From the NCBI GenBank assembly GCA_963705305.1, contig OY970067.1, positions 4,480,001-4,544,000 on the forward strand: a stretch of 64,000 nucleotides of DNA, written 5' to 3'. The first letter of the stretch is position 1, and each line of letters begins with the position of its first letter. This stretch comes from an uncultured Methylomirabilota bacterium. Lineage in GTDB: Bacteria > Methylomirabilota > Methylomirabilia > Methylomirabilales > 2-02-FULL-66-22. Below the pieces are notes generated by a model. That model was given only the letters and a program-made list of their open reading frames with translations. It searched no databases and was not told where the DNA came from. Both the position numbers and the translations under genes were made by a program. Positions 43,915 through 53,523 of this stretch are shown piece after piece.

Positions 43915-45597
43915 ATGCCGGCACACAGGATTCTCCAGCAGCTGAACGAGAAGTTCGCGGCGGTCATCCAGCGGACCGATATCCCCGAGAACACTCGGCT
44001 GTTCGTGTACGTCGAGCCCCAGGCCGTGCCCGACATCTGCCGCCACATCTTTCGGGACCTGGACGCCCGCTATGTCGTGAGCATCGGCCTGGACGACCGG
44101 CCCATCTCGGGGAAGTTTCTGGTGGCCCACGATTTCGCCTTCGATGCCGCCCACGTCCTGTGCAGCATCCTGGCCTACGTGCCCAGCCCCGATCCGCGGA
44201 TCGACAGCATCGCTCCCGCCGTCCCGCCGGCCAACTGGGCCGAGCGCGAGTTTCGGGATCTGGTGGGCATCCAGCCGGTGGGGCACCCGTCCCCCAAGCG
44301 GCTGATCCTGCCGGACGGCTGGCCCGAGGGGGTGCATCCGCTGCGCCGGGACTACCCCTGGAACGCGGTGCCGCCCGGCTACGACGAGACCCGGGAGTAC
44401 GCCTTCGATGACGCGCCGGAGGGCTGCGTGGCCGTCCCCTTCGGCCCCTTCCACCCCACCCTGGACGAGCCGGCGCACTTCCGGCTGTACGTCGAGGGGG
44501 AGATCGTTCGCGGCTGCGAATACCGGGGCTTCATGGTCCATCGCGCCATCGAGAAGCTGGGCGACTCCGTCCTCACCTACAACGAGATCCCCATGGCCGC
44601 CGAGCGCATCTGCGGCATCTGCGGCTGCGTCCACAACGTGGCCTATGCCCAGGCGGTGGAACAGGCGGTGGCGCTCAAGCCGCCTCCCCGGGCCGAATAT
44701 ATCCGGACCATCATGCTGGAGATCGAGCGGCTGCACAGCCATCTCCTCTGGGTGGGGCTGGCCTGCCACATTCTGGGATTCGACACGCTGTTCATGCAGT
44801 GCTTCCGCATCCGCGAGCCCATCATGTGGGTGGCGGAGAAGATCAGCGGCAACCGCAAGACCTACGCCCTCTGCGTGGTGGGGGGCGTCCGCTGGGACAT
44901 CACCCCCCCGCTGAAGGCGGAGCTGCAGCAGGTCCTCTCCACCCTGGAGGCCGAGTGGCGGCCCGTCGCCGCCGCCGTCAGCGGAGATCGGAACATCCAG
45001 CAGCGGACGCGGGGGATCGGAATGGCCGGTCCGCGCCTGGTCAAGGAGGCGGCCCTCATCGGCCCGGTGGCCCGGGCCGCCGGCGTGGACATCGACTGCC
45101 GCCGCGACCACCCCTACGCCGCGTACGGGCGGGTGGACTTCGCGGTGGTGGTGCAGAGCGGAGGCGATGTCTGGTCGCGCCTCCTGGTGCGGGTCCTGGA
45201 GGTCTTCGAGTCCATCAAGATCATCCGCCAGTGCCTGGATCAGATGCCCGAGGGTCCGCTCTGCCTCCCCGCCGGGGACGAGCTGCCCGCCGGCCGCATG
45301 GGGGTGTCCTCGGTGGAAGCCCCGCGGGGCGAGTCCCACCACTTCGTGATCACCGGGGAAAACAACCGCCCCCGGCGCTGGCGCGTGCGGGCGCCGACGT
45401 ACCAGAATCTGCAGGGGGTCCCGGCCATGATCCGGGACCAGCAAATCGCCGACATGACCATCACGCTGGGGAGCATCGACCCGTGCTTCTCCTGCACGGA
45501 TCGCCTGGAGGTGGTCGACGTTCGTTCGGGCGCGGTGCGGGTGTATGCGCAGGCGGAGCTTCTGGCGCTGGCCCGCGCCCCCCGGACCGGGCAATAG
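43915..45597 (+). CDS. Group 4 [NiFe]-hydrogenase large subunit, HycE/HyfG-type NuoC-D fusion
   Basis: N-terminal NuoC domain (WAEREFRDL...HPLRRD), L1 ERICGICGCVH, L2 DPCFSCTDR plus tail. Confidence 0.92.
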   Translation: MPAHRILQQLNEKFAAVIQRTDIPENTRLFVYVEPQAVPDICRHIFRDLDARYVVSIGLDDRPISGKFLVAHDFAFDAAHVLCSILAYVPSPDPRIDSIAPAVPPANWAEREFRDLVGIQPVGHPSPKRLILPDGWPEGVHPLRRDYPWNAVPPGYDETREYAFDDAPEGCVAVPFGPFHPTLDEPAHFRLYVEGEIVRGCEYRGFMVHRAIEKLGDSVLTYNEIPMAAERICGICGCVHNVAYAQAVEQAVALKPPPRAEYIRTIMLEIERLHSHLLWVGLACHILGFDTLFMQCFRIREPIMWVAEKISGNRKTYALCVVGGVRWDITPPLKAELQQVLSTLEAEWRPVAAAVSGDRNIQQRTRGIGMAGPRLVKEAALIGPVARAAGVDIDCRRDHPYAAYGRVDFAVVVQSGGDVWSRLLVRVLEVFESIKIIRQCLDQMPEGPLCLPAGDELPAGRMGVSSVEAPRGESHHFVITGENNRPRRWRVRAPTYQNLQGVPAMIRDQQIADMTITLGSIDPCFSCTDRLEVVDVRSGAVRVYAQAELLALARAPRTGQ

Positions 45598-45607
45598 GGA
45601 AGGAGCC

Positions 45608-46534
45608 ATGAACGCTGGCCTGGGCCTCATGCTGCTCTTCGCGGCGCTGAACGCGGCGCTGGTGCTCGCCGTGGCCCCCCTGTGCGAGGGGATCCTGCGC
45701 AAGGTCACTGCCAAGATCCAGTCCCGGCAGGGGCCGCCGCTCTGGCAGCCCTACTACGACTTGCTGAAGCTGCTGGGCAAGGAGGACCTCGAATCGGGGG
45801 AAAGTCCCCGGATGCAGCGGTTCGCGGCCGTCCTCGCCCTCTCCGCCATCCTGATGGTGGCCATGCTGATCCCCATGGGGCGCCCGGCCCCGCTGGGCGG
45901 GTACGGCGATGTCGTGCTCCTCATCTACCTGCTGACCCTCTGCGGGATCTCCACCATGCTGGCCGGTCTGGCCGCGGGCTCCACCTATTCCCTGGTGGGC
46001 ATGAGCCGGGAGATGATGTCTCTCATGACCCTGGAGCCGCTGCTGGCCGTGGCGATCATCATCGGGACCGTCCATGCCGGCTCGCTGCGCTTGGGGACGG
46101 TGCTGAACGGATCCCTGTACGCCTCGGGTGCGCTTCCCCTGGCCGGCCTCCTCATGCTGGTGGTGGTGCTCCTCTCCCTGCAGGGATTCGTGGGGCGGCT
46201 CCCCTTCGACATCGCCGAGGCCGAGACGGAGCTGATGGAGGGGCCGCTGGCGGAGTACTCGGGGGCCAAGCTGGCGCTCTTCAAGTTCGCCCAGATGGTC
46301 AAGCTGGTGGTGTACAGCGCGCTCCTGGTGGCCCTGTTCGCCCCCTGGGGGAGCGCCTGGCCATACCCCCTGAGCGCGCTCGTGCTGCTGGCCAAGATCT
46401 TGGTCCTGGTCCTGCTTGTGACGCTGGTGGCGGCGACCCACGCCCGCTACCGCATCGATCAGGCCATCCGCTACTACGCCGGCCTGTTCGGCGCCGCCTT
46501 TGTGGCCCTGCTTTTGGCCCTGTGGGGCTTTTGA
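45608..46534 (+). CDS. HycD/HyfC-like membrane subunit
   Basis: IQSRQGPPLWQPYYDLLKLLGK, PFDIAEAETELMEGPLAEYSG. Confidence 0.92.
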   Translation: MNAGLGLMLLFAALNAALVLAVAPLCEGILRKVTAKIQSRQGPPLWQPYYDLLKLLGKEDLESGESPRMQRFAAVLALSAILMVAMLIPMGRPAPLGGYGDVVLLIYLLTLCGISTMLAGLAAGSTYSLVGMSREMMSLMTLEPLLAVAIIIGTVHAGSLRLGTVLNGSLYASGALPLAGLLMLVVVLLSLQGFVGRLPFDIAEAETELMEGPLAEYSGAKLALFKFAQMVKLVVYSALLVALFAPWGSAWPYPLSALVLLAKILVLVLLVTLVAATHARYRIDQAIRYYAGLFGAAFVALLLALWGF

Positions 46535-46548
46535 GGAACGGGGGAGCC

Positions 46549-47073
46549 ATGTCGCTGCTGAGCAAGCTGAAGGAAACCGCGATCTGCCTGCGGGCTGGAA
46601 GGGTGACCCGGCCCTACCCGGCCCAGCCGGCCCCCACCCCTCCCGGCTTCCGGGGACGGCCGATCTTCGATGCGAGCAAGTGCATCGGCTGCGCCGGCTG
46701 CGCCAACAACTGCCCCGCCCGCGAGATCCTGGTCCACGACATCTGCCAGGAGATCCGCATCATCAAGTACATCGGGCGCCGCTGCACCTATTGCGGCCGC
46801 TGCGCCGACGTCTGTCCCGAAAAGGCCATCACGATGAGCACGGACTTCGAGACCGCCACCAACGACATCCACGACCTCCAGCAGGAGCTCGAGCTGTTCA
46901 TGGGGACCTGCCAGCGCTGCGGCCGCTGCTTCAAGGAGCCGGGGCCCCTCGAGCAGCTCATGATGAAGGGGTACCGGTTCGACGAGCTCAAGGACGATCG
47001 GTGGATCCACCGCTCGACGGCCTACCTTGAGGGCCAGCCGGTGGTCCGAGATATTGAGATCGAGCTGGATTGA
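46549..47073 (+). CDS. HycF/HyfH-like 4Fe-4S subunit
   Basis: GFRGRP, CIGCAGCANNCP, CTYCGRCADVCP, CQRCG. Confidence 0.9.
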   Translation: MSLLSKLKETAICLRAGRVTRPYPAQPAPTPPGFRGRPIFDASKCIGCAGCANNCPAREILVHDICQEIRIIKYIGRRCTYCGRCADVCPEKAITMSTDFETATNDIHDLQQELELFMGTCQRCGRCFKEPGPLEQLMMKGYRFDELKDDRWIHRSTAYLEGQPVVRDIEIELD

Positions 47074-47081
47074 CGCCATAA

Positions 47082-47233
47082 CAGGCCGCTGAAAAAGGCC
47101 CATCTGCGGCGTTGGTCCGCTCGGGCACTCGCTGCGGCGTACTGAAAGTACGCCTCACTCAGCCCTTTGCGGACCGCCTTGCATCTGGACCTTTTTGAGC
47201 AGCCTGGGGGAAGGCGGGTTTTTCATCACACTG
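47082..47233 (+). mobile_element. MITE copy 3, inside the hydrogenase operon
   Basis: CAGGCCGCTGAAAAAGGCCCATCTG...GCATCTGGACCTTTTTGAGCAGCCTG...TTTTCATCACACTG. Confidence 0.8.
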
Positions 47234-47249
47234 ATAGGGGGGAACGGAC

Positions 47250-47785
47250 GTGTTAAAGGGACTCTGCCGGAAGGTCTTCCCGCGGTCGCTCTGGGTCTAC
47301 CACGCCAACAGCGGGGGCTGCAACGGATGCGACATCGAGGTCCTGAACGTCCTGACCCCGTATTATGATGTGGAGCGCTTCGGCATCCGGCTGGTGGGCT
47401 CCCCCCGCCACGCCGATGTGATGCTGTGCCAGGGACCCGCCATGCGGTCCACCGCCCGGGCGCTGCGGCGCGCCTACGAGGCCATGCCCGCCCCCAAACT
47501 GGTCTTCGCGATCGGCTCTTGCGCATGTGGGGGGGACTCTGGTATGATACATACAGCGTCCTGGGGCCGGTGGAGAAGGTGCTTCCCGTGGATTTCTACA
47601 TCCCGGGCTGCCCGCCCCGCCCCGAGGCGATCCTCTACGGGGTGGCGGTGGCGGTAGGGCTGGTGGACAAGAAGGTGGCGCCGGTCCAGCTCAAGCAGCT
47701 GGAGTTCCCGATCCCGAAATACCATCCGGAAGACCTCCAGCAGGACGACGGCATGGTCGTCTATCAGAAGCTCAACCGGGTGTAA
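47250..47785 (+). CDS. HycG/HyfI-like small subunit; one-base frameshift in the G7 run at 47529-47535
   Basis: GGCNGCDIE...SPRHAD...GSCACGG, then LWYDTY...YIPGCPPRP in the adjacent frame; G8 restores a 178-aa protein. Confidence 0.88.
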
Positions 47786-47844
47786 GCTGCCTCCGCGTCC
47801 CGCCGCCTGCCGTTCCCCCCGCGAGGGCCCTGTGAAGGAGTATC

Positions 47845-48186
47845 ATGCACGAAGTGGGCCTGATGCAGGACACGCTCATCATCGCGCTCCGGCACGCCAC
47901 GCAGGAGGGCGCCCGGCGGGTTCACCGCCTGACCATGCGGGTGGGTCCCCTGTCGGGTGCCGTCCCCGAGGCCCTGGAGTTCGCCTTTGACGTGCTGGCC
48001 CGCGGCACCATGGCCGAGGGCGCCCGTCTGGAGATCGAGCGCGTCCCCATCGTGTGCTACTGTCCGAGCTGTGCCCAGGAATTCACGGCCGACGATTTCC
48101 TCTGCGAATGTCCCCACTGCCATGCGCCCAGCGTGGAGGTTCGGCACGGCCGGGAGCTGGAGCTCGCCAGTCTGGAGGTATCCTGA
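47845..48186 (+). CDS. hypA: Hydrogenase nickel metallochaperone
   Basis: MHE start, CPSC...CPHC, GREL. Confidence 0.96.
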   Translation: MHEVGLMQDTLIIALRHATQEGARRVHRLTMRVGPLSGAVPEALEFAFDVLARGTMAEGARLEIERVPIVCYCPSCAQEFTADDFLCECPHCHAPSVEVRHGRELELASLEVS

Positions 48187-48187
48187 C

Positions 48188-49084
48188 GTGTGCAAGGAAT
48201 GCGGCTGCGGCATCGTGGAAGGCTTTCGAGTCGACGGAGAGCCGGTCGTTGCGGACCCGGGGCCGGGTACCCCCGGGGTGGCCCCCGGGGCGGCGCATAC
48301 CCATTCGCACGAGGCCGGGGAGGACCACGGCCATTCCCATCCGCACCCGCACGGGCCGCATGTCCACGGCGCCGACCATGCGCACGACCACCGGACGGTC
48401 CCGGTGCACGAGGCGATCCTCGATAAGAACGACCGGCTGGCCGAGCGGAACCGCGGCTACTTCGCCGGCAAGGGCCTGCTCGTGCTCAACCTGCTCTCCT
48501 CCCCGGGCGCCGGCAAGACCGCTTTCATCGAGCGGACGGTGGCGGACCTGGGGGCGCGCCTCCGGGTCGGCGTGATCGTGGGCGACCTCGAAACGGACAA
48601 CGACGCGCGGCGGCTGCGCGGCCGCGGGGTACCGGCGGTCCAGATCACCACCGGCAACGTGTGCCACCTGGATGCGGAGATGGTCGCCCACGCCCTGGAG
48701 CGGCTGGAGCTGGACGCCCTGCAGGTCCTCATCATCGAAAACGTGGGGAACCTGGTCTGCCCGGCCTCCTACGATCTTGGCGAGGACTTCCGCGTGGTGA
48801 TCATGTCGGTCACCGAGGGCGAGGACAAGCCGCTCAAGTACCCGGTCATGTTTCGCACCGCGCAGGTGGTCGTGGTCAACAAGACCGACATCCTCGAAGC
48901 CGTCGGATTCGACCGCGAGACCGCCCTGCAAAACATCCGCCGCGTGGCCCCCCAGGCCACCATCTTCGAGCTTTCGGCGCGCACGGGAGAAGGCATGGCG
49001 CAGTGGTACCAATACCTCGAGGAGCGGCTGCGCCGGCCCCGCCACGGCGTGATCCGAAACCCGGCGGGAACGGCAGCCTCCTAA
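48188..49084 (+). CDS. hypB: Hydrogenase nickel-incorporation GTPase
   Basis: GTG start (M)CKECGC, His-rich linker, [32 protein letters not shown]. Confidence 0.96.
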   Translation: MCKECGCGIVEGFRVDGEPVVADPGPGTPGVAPGAAHTHSHEAGEDHGHSHPHPHGPHVHGADHAHDHRTVPVHEAILDKNDRLAERNRGYFAGKGLLVLNLLSSPGAGKTAFIERTVADLGARLRVGVIVGDLETDNDARRLRGRGVPAVQITTGNVCHLDAEMVAHALERLELDALQVLIIENVGNLVCPASYDLGEDFRVVIMSVTEGEDKPLKYPVMFRTAQVVVVNKTDILEAVGFDRETALQNIRRVAPQATIFELSARTGEGMAQWYQYLEERLRRPRHGVIRNPAGTAAS

Positions 49085-49104
49085 CCCCATTCCGAAAATA
49101 TCTC

Positions 49105-49252
49105 ACCGCCAAGGCGCCAAGAAGGCCATGGCTGGAATGGGCGGAACACCCAGCGACTGGAGCCGCGTCAAGCCCCCCGGAGGGGGCGTTCCGGAGCACG
49201 GAGTCAAACCAGCCGAATTCCGTGGACTATGAGACCTCGGCGTCATGGCGGT
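49105..49252. repeat. REP-like element (CCGCCAAGRCGCCAAG family), paired arms
   Basis: ACCGCCAAGGCGCCAAG (49105-49121) and CTCGGCGTCATGGCGGT (49236-49252). Confidence 0.65.
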
Positions 49253-49279
49253 TCAAGAGTATTCTCGGCTCAAGGCTAA

Positions 49280-49496
49280 CAGGCGTCTGAAAAACTCCCA
49301 TCTGCGGACACCCCGCCTTCGGCCGGGTACCCGCGCACTCCTGCGGGGCTGCGACGTACGCGCTCAGTACGCCTCCGACCCACCTCCGGTGGGTACCCCG
49401 CGGCGGGTACCGATCCCGAGGGATGGATGACGGCGCCTTGCATCTGGGCCTTTTTGAGCAGCCTGACCGAAAATGAGTTTTTCTGCCGATCCCCTG
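49280..49496 (+). mobile_element. MITE copy 4 (right end degenerate)
   Basis: CAGGCGTCTGAAAAA...GTACGCCTCCGACCCACCTCCGGTGGGTACCCCGCGG (shared with copy 2)...CTTTTTGAGCAGCCTGACCGAAAAT. Confidence 0.8.
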
Positions 49497-49653
49497 CCCT
49501 TCGCCCGGCGACCGGCGATCGTCTCTATCCCTGCCATGATCCTTGCCAGCGTTCCAAGCGCTCGAGTTCTCCCTCACCTATTCTTCACGAGTTATCTCCA
49601 TTCATGGATAAATACGAGCAACATTATCTGCTAACTGTTTAAAATATTTACAC

Positions 49654-49682
49654 TTGACGCAATTCCATGCAGGTGCCATTCT
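49654..49682 (+). promoter_or_regulatory. Putative sigma70 promoter of the hdr-mvh cluster
   Basis: TTGACG-N17-CATTCT with TG extension, after an AT-rich UP-like tract. Confidence 0.4.
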
Positions 49683-49936
49683 ATTTTCAAAGTGAGATTG
49701 GTCAGGCCAGCGGACCATCTGGCCTCAGGTGATAAGGGGAAGCTACGAAAGGAACCCAAACCAGGAAATAAGCCGCATTACCGGATTGAGCTCGTCGTCT
49801 CGACCCGTCAAACAACCATCGAAAGACGCCATGATTACACGCGATCAGCGCACCGACACCTCATAATTCTCGCGCGACCGACCCGTCACGACACCGGCCG
49901 CGCTGCGCCAAACCCCGCGACCTCCCGGAGGGGGCA

Positions 49937-51997
49937 ATGAGTCATCAGGTACGTTCGGAGGGTTTCCCGGGCAACGGCAACGGAGATACACCGCGCACGG
50001 GCGTATTCATATGCCACTGTGGCGGGAACATTTCCGACGTGGTAAACGTCCAACGCGTCGCGCAGGAGATCGGCGCCCTCCCGGGTGTGGCCTGCTCCAT
50101 GACCCACACCTTCATGTGCTCCGACCCCGGCCAAGCCCTCATCCAGGAGAAGATCAAGGAGTGCAATCTCAACCGGGTCGTCGTCGCCGCCTGCTCTCCC
50201 AGCCTGCATGAACTGACGTTTCGCCGCACCCTCACCCGCAGCGGCCTGAACCCCTACCTGTACGAACATTGCAACATCCGCGAGCAGTGCTCCTGGGTGG
50301 TCCGCAATAAGGAGCTGGCCACCCAGAAGGCCACGCGGCTGATCCGCGCGGCGGCAGCGCGCGCCGGCCATCTGACTCCCCTGCAGAAGCGCCGCATCCC
50401 CATCCACCCCGAGGCGCTCGTCATCGGCGGAGGCATCGCGGGCCTGGTGGCAGCCCGGGACCTGGCGCAGCGCGGCATCCGCGTCACGCTGGTCGAACAG
50501 TCGCCGTTCCTGGGAGGCCGGGTCGCCCAGATGGGGAAGGTCTTCCCCACCGAAGAGCGCGCCCGCGATCTTTTGAATCCCATCATCGCCGAGGTCGTCA
50601 AGCATCCCCGGGTGACCGTCCTCACCAATGCCCGGGTGACCCACGCCGAGGGGATTGTCGGCAATTTCAAGGCGCACATCCAGATCATTCCTCGCGGCGT
50701 GAACTCCAGGCTGGCCGCTCCCGGCCACGTCATGGCCGCCTGCCCCGTGGAGACCGAGAACGAGTTCGACTTCGGATTGACCAAGCGGAAGGCGATCTAC
50801 CAGCCCTACTACGGCTGCTATCCGCAGCTGCCCGCCATCGATTGGACCGCCTGCACCAAGTGCGGGAAGTGTATCGAGGCATCGGGGGGGAAAGGCATCG
50901 AGCTGGATGCACAGCCGCGCGAAACCGAAGTGCATGCCGGCGTGATCGTCCTGGCCACGGGCCACGACCCGTACGAGCCGCTGCCAGGCGAGTACGGGTA
51001 CGGGAAGTTCCCGGAGGTGGTGACCCTCCAGCAGATGTACCGGATGCTGGACACCGACGGGCCCACGGGCGGCGAGGTGAAAGCCAACGGCGCTCCCGTC
51101 CGCACGGTCGTCTTCATCTACTGCGTCGGCGCACGGCAGCGCGAGGGCATCAGCGTGCCCATGCCCGACGGGCGGGTGCGCGAGTACTGCGGCAGGACCT
51201 GCTGCACCGCCTCGCTGAAGATCGCCACCGAGCTGCAGGAGCGCTACCCCCGCATGAACATCTACAGCTTCTACCAGGATGTTCGCGCCTACGGCCGCGG
51301 GCACGAGGAATACTACACCCGGGCATCCGAGGGCGGCGCCATCTTCCTCCGCTACGACCCCAACCATCCCCCGCGGGTGGAGAAAGATTTTCGCGGGACG
51401 TCCGCGCTGATCGTGCGCGGCCGCGACCTCCTGACGGGGGATGTCGAGCTGGAGGTTCCGGCCGACCTGGTGGTCCTGTCCACCGGCGTCGTGCCCCACG
51501 ACATCAGCGACCTGGTCGAGATCTTCAAGTGCTCCATCGGTCCGGACACCTTCTTGCTGGAGGTCCATCCGAAGCTGCGGCCGGTCGAGCTGGCGGTGAG
51601 CGGGGTCTTCCTGGCGGGGACCTGCCAGAGTCCCATGGACATCACCGAGGCCTCGGCCGGCGGCGCGGCTGCCGCGTCCAAAGCCGCCGCCATGGTGGTG
51701 CAGGCCGAGGTCGAGATGGATCCCTTCATCGCCACCGTGGATGAGCAGCTCTGCACCGGATGCCAGACCTGCCTCACAGTGTGTCCCTACGACGCCCTCA
51801 GCCGGGACGAGGCCAAGCACATCGCCGTGGTCAACGAGGCCCTGTGCACCGGCTGCGGCAGCTGCGCCGCCACCTGCCCGAGCGATGCGATCCAGCAGCG
51901 GGGGTTCACAGACCGCCAGGTGCTTTCCGAGCTGCTGGCGCTCCTGGCGCGCCAGGCGCCGGCGGGAGCAGGCGATCTATTGACCGTCGGCCGATAA
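49937..51997 (+). CDS. hdrA: Divergent HdrA-like flavoprotein (QmoB-like)
   Basis: CHCGGNI, FMCS, ACSP, GGGIAG, YCGRTCC, HPKLRPVE, C-terminal 2x[4Fe-4S]. Confidence 0.9.
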   Translation: MSHQVRSEGFPGNGNGDTPRTGVFICHCGGNISDVVNVQRVAQEIGALPGVACSMTHTFMCSDPGQALIQEKIKECNLNRVVVAACSPSLHELTFRRTLTRSGLNPYLYEHCNIREQCSWVVRNKELATQKATRLIRAAAARAGHLTPLQKRRIPIHPEALVIGGGIAGLVAARDLAQRGIRVTLVEQSPFLGGRVAQMGKVFPTEERARDLLNPIIAEVVKHPRVTVLTNARVTHAEGIVGNFKAHIQIIPRGVNSRLAAPGHVMAACPVETENEFDFGLTKRKAIYQPYYGCYPQLPAIDWTACTKCGKCIEASGGKGIELDAQPRETEVHAGVIVLATGHDPYEPLPGEYGYGKFPEVVTLQQMYRMLDTDGPTGGEVKANGAPVRTVVFIYCVGARQREGISVPMPDGRVREYCGRTCCTASLKIATELQERYPRMNIYSFYQDVRAYGRGHEEYYTRASEGGAIFLRYDPNHPPRVEKDFRGTSALIVRGRDLLTGDVELEVPADLVVLSTGVVPHDISDLVEIFKCSIGPDTFLLEVHPKLRPVELAVSGVFLAGTCQSPMDITEASAGGAAAASKAAAMVVQAEVEMDPFIATVDEQLCTGCQTCLTVCPYDALSRDEAKHIAVVNEALCTGCGSCAATCPSDAIQQRGFTDRQVLSELLALLARQAPAGAGDLLTVGR

Positions 51998-52009
51998 GGG
52001 GGATTGGGC

Positions 52010-52525
52010 ATGACTGATCGCGCCATGCACGAGATGCAGGAGGCTCCATCGGCCCCGGGAAGCTGGGAGCCCCGGATCGTCGGATTCCTCTGCTACTGGT
52101 GCTCGTACACCGGGGCGGACGGGGCCGGGACAGCGCGCATGTCCTACCCCCCCAACGTGGACATCGTGCGCCTGATGTGCTCGGGACGCTGCGACCCCCA
52201 GCTGATTACCGCCGCGTATGCCAACGGCGCCGATGGGGTCCTCGTCCTGGGCTGCCACGTCGGCGATTGCCACTACATCAGCGGGAACCACAAGACCATG
52301 GCGCGCATGCCGCTGCTGCGCCGCGTCCTGGACGAGCTGGGCATCGAGCCGGAGCGGTTTCGCCACGACTGGGTGAGCGCCGCCGAGGGGGAGAAATTCA
52401 CCCGGGTGGTGACCGAGATGACCGAGCAGGTGCGCCGGCTGGGTCCCCTGAACTGGCCCGGGCTCCTGCATGCGCGAGGGGTCGGACACGGCATGGATCT
52501 CCATCCCTGGGGGGAGCGCCCATGA
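52010..52525 (+). CDS. mvhD: MvhD [2Fe-2S] subunit
   Basis: FLCYWCSY, MCSGR, GCHVGDCHY, WVSAAEG. Confidence 0.93.
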   Translation: MTDRAMHEMQEAPSAPGSWEPRIVGFLCYWCSYTGADGAGTARMSYPPNVDIVRLMCSGRCDPQLITAAYANGADGVLVLGCHVGDCHYISGNHKTMARMPLLRRVLDELGIEPERFRHDWVSAAEGEKFTRVVTEMTEQVRRLGPLNWPGLLHARGVGHGMDLHPWGERP

Positions 52526-53523
52526 GCGCGGAACAGACCAAGAGCAAGCTGAAGGTGGCCAAGTACTGGGCGTCCAGCTGCGGCGGGTGCGACATCTCGC
52601 TCCTGGAGATCGGTCCCCGCCTGCTGGATCTGATCGCCATCGCCGATGTCGTCTTCTGGCCCTGCGCGGCGGACTTCAAGTATCGGGACGTCGCCAACTA
52701 TCCGGACGGCTACATCGATATCTGCTTCTACAACGGAGGGGTGCGGAACTCGGAGCAGGAAGAGGTTGCGCGCCTGCTGCGCCAGAAGAGCAAGACCCTG
52801 ATCGCCTACGGCGAGTGCGCCGTTGGCGGCGGCATTCCCGCCCTCGCCAACCTGAAGTCGCGCGCCGGGATCTTCGAGGCGGCCTATCACCAGAACCCCT
52901 CCATCGACAATCCGGACGGTGTGGAGCCCCGGCCGGTGGTCCAGTCCCCCGTCGGGGAGCTCGAGATCCCCGTCTTCTACCCCGGCGTCCTGCGCCTGAA
53001 GGATGTGATCGAGGTGGACTACGAGATCCCCGGCTGTCCGCCGCAGGCCGACCGGGTGTGGGAGGCCATCCAGGCCGTGGCAGGCGGGGCGGTGCCCGCG
53101 CGCAATACCGCCGTTCCGGTCGGCTGCGGGAACAAAAGCGTCTGCGACGAGTGCAGCCGGGAGAAGCGCCTGGTGAAAATCGGCCGGTTCACCCGCCATC
53201 ACCTGGTGCGCCCGGAGCCCGGCTGGTGCCTGCTGGAACAAGGGATCCTGTGCATGGGGCCGGCCACCCGCAGCGGCTGCGGGGCCCTCTGCCTCAAGGC
53301 CGATATGCCGTGCGAGGGCTGCTACGGCCCGTCGGGAGAGACGCTGGACCAGGGGACCGCCATGGTGGGCGCCGTGGGGGCCATCCTCGACGCCACGACC
53401 GAAGAGCGCGCCCACGAGCTCATCCAGCAGATCGTGGATCCCGCCGGCAGCTTCTACCGCTTCACGCTGGCCGGCGGCTACATGAAGGGCAGGAACGAGG
53501 CGCGGGGGGAGGACAGGGCATGA
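52522..53523 (+). CDS. mvhG: Group 3c hydrogenase small subunit
   Basis: [38 protein letters not shown]...CEGC. Confidence 0.92.
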   Translation: MSAEQTKSKLKVAKYWASSCGGCDISLLEIGPRLLDLIAIADVVFWPCAADFKYRDVANYPDGYIDICFYNGGVRNSEQEEVARLLRQKSKTLIAYGECAVGGGIPALANLKSRAGIFEAAYHQNPSIDNPDGVEPRPVVQSPVGELEIPVFYPGVLRLKDVIEVDYEIPGCPPQADRVWEAIQAVAGGAVPARNTAVPVGCGNKSVCDECSREKRLVKIGRFTRHHLVRPEPGWCLLEQGILCMGPATRSGCGALCLKADMPCEGCYGPSGETLDQGTAMVGAVGAILDATTEERAHELIQQIVDPAGSFYRFTLAGGYMKGRNEARGEDRA

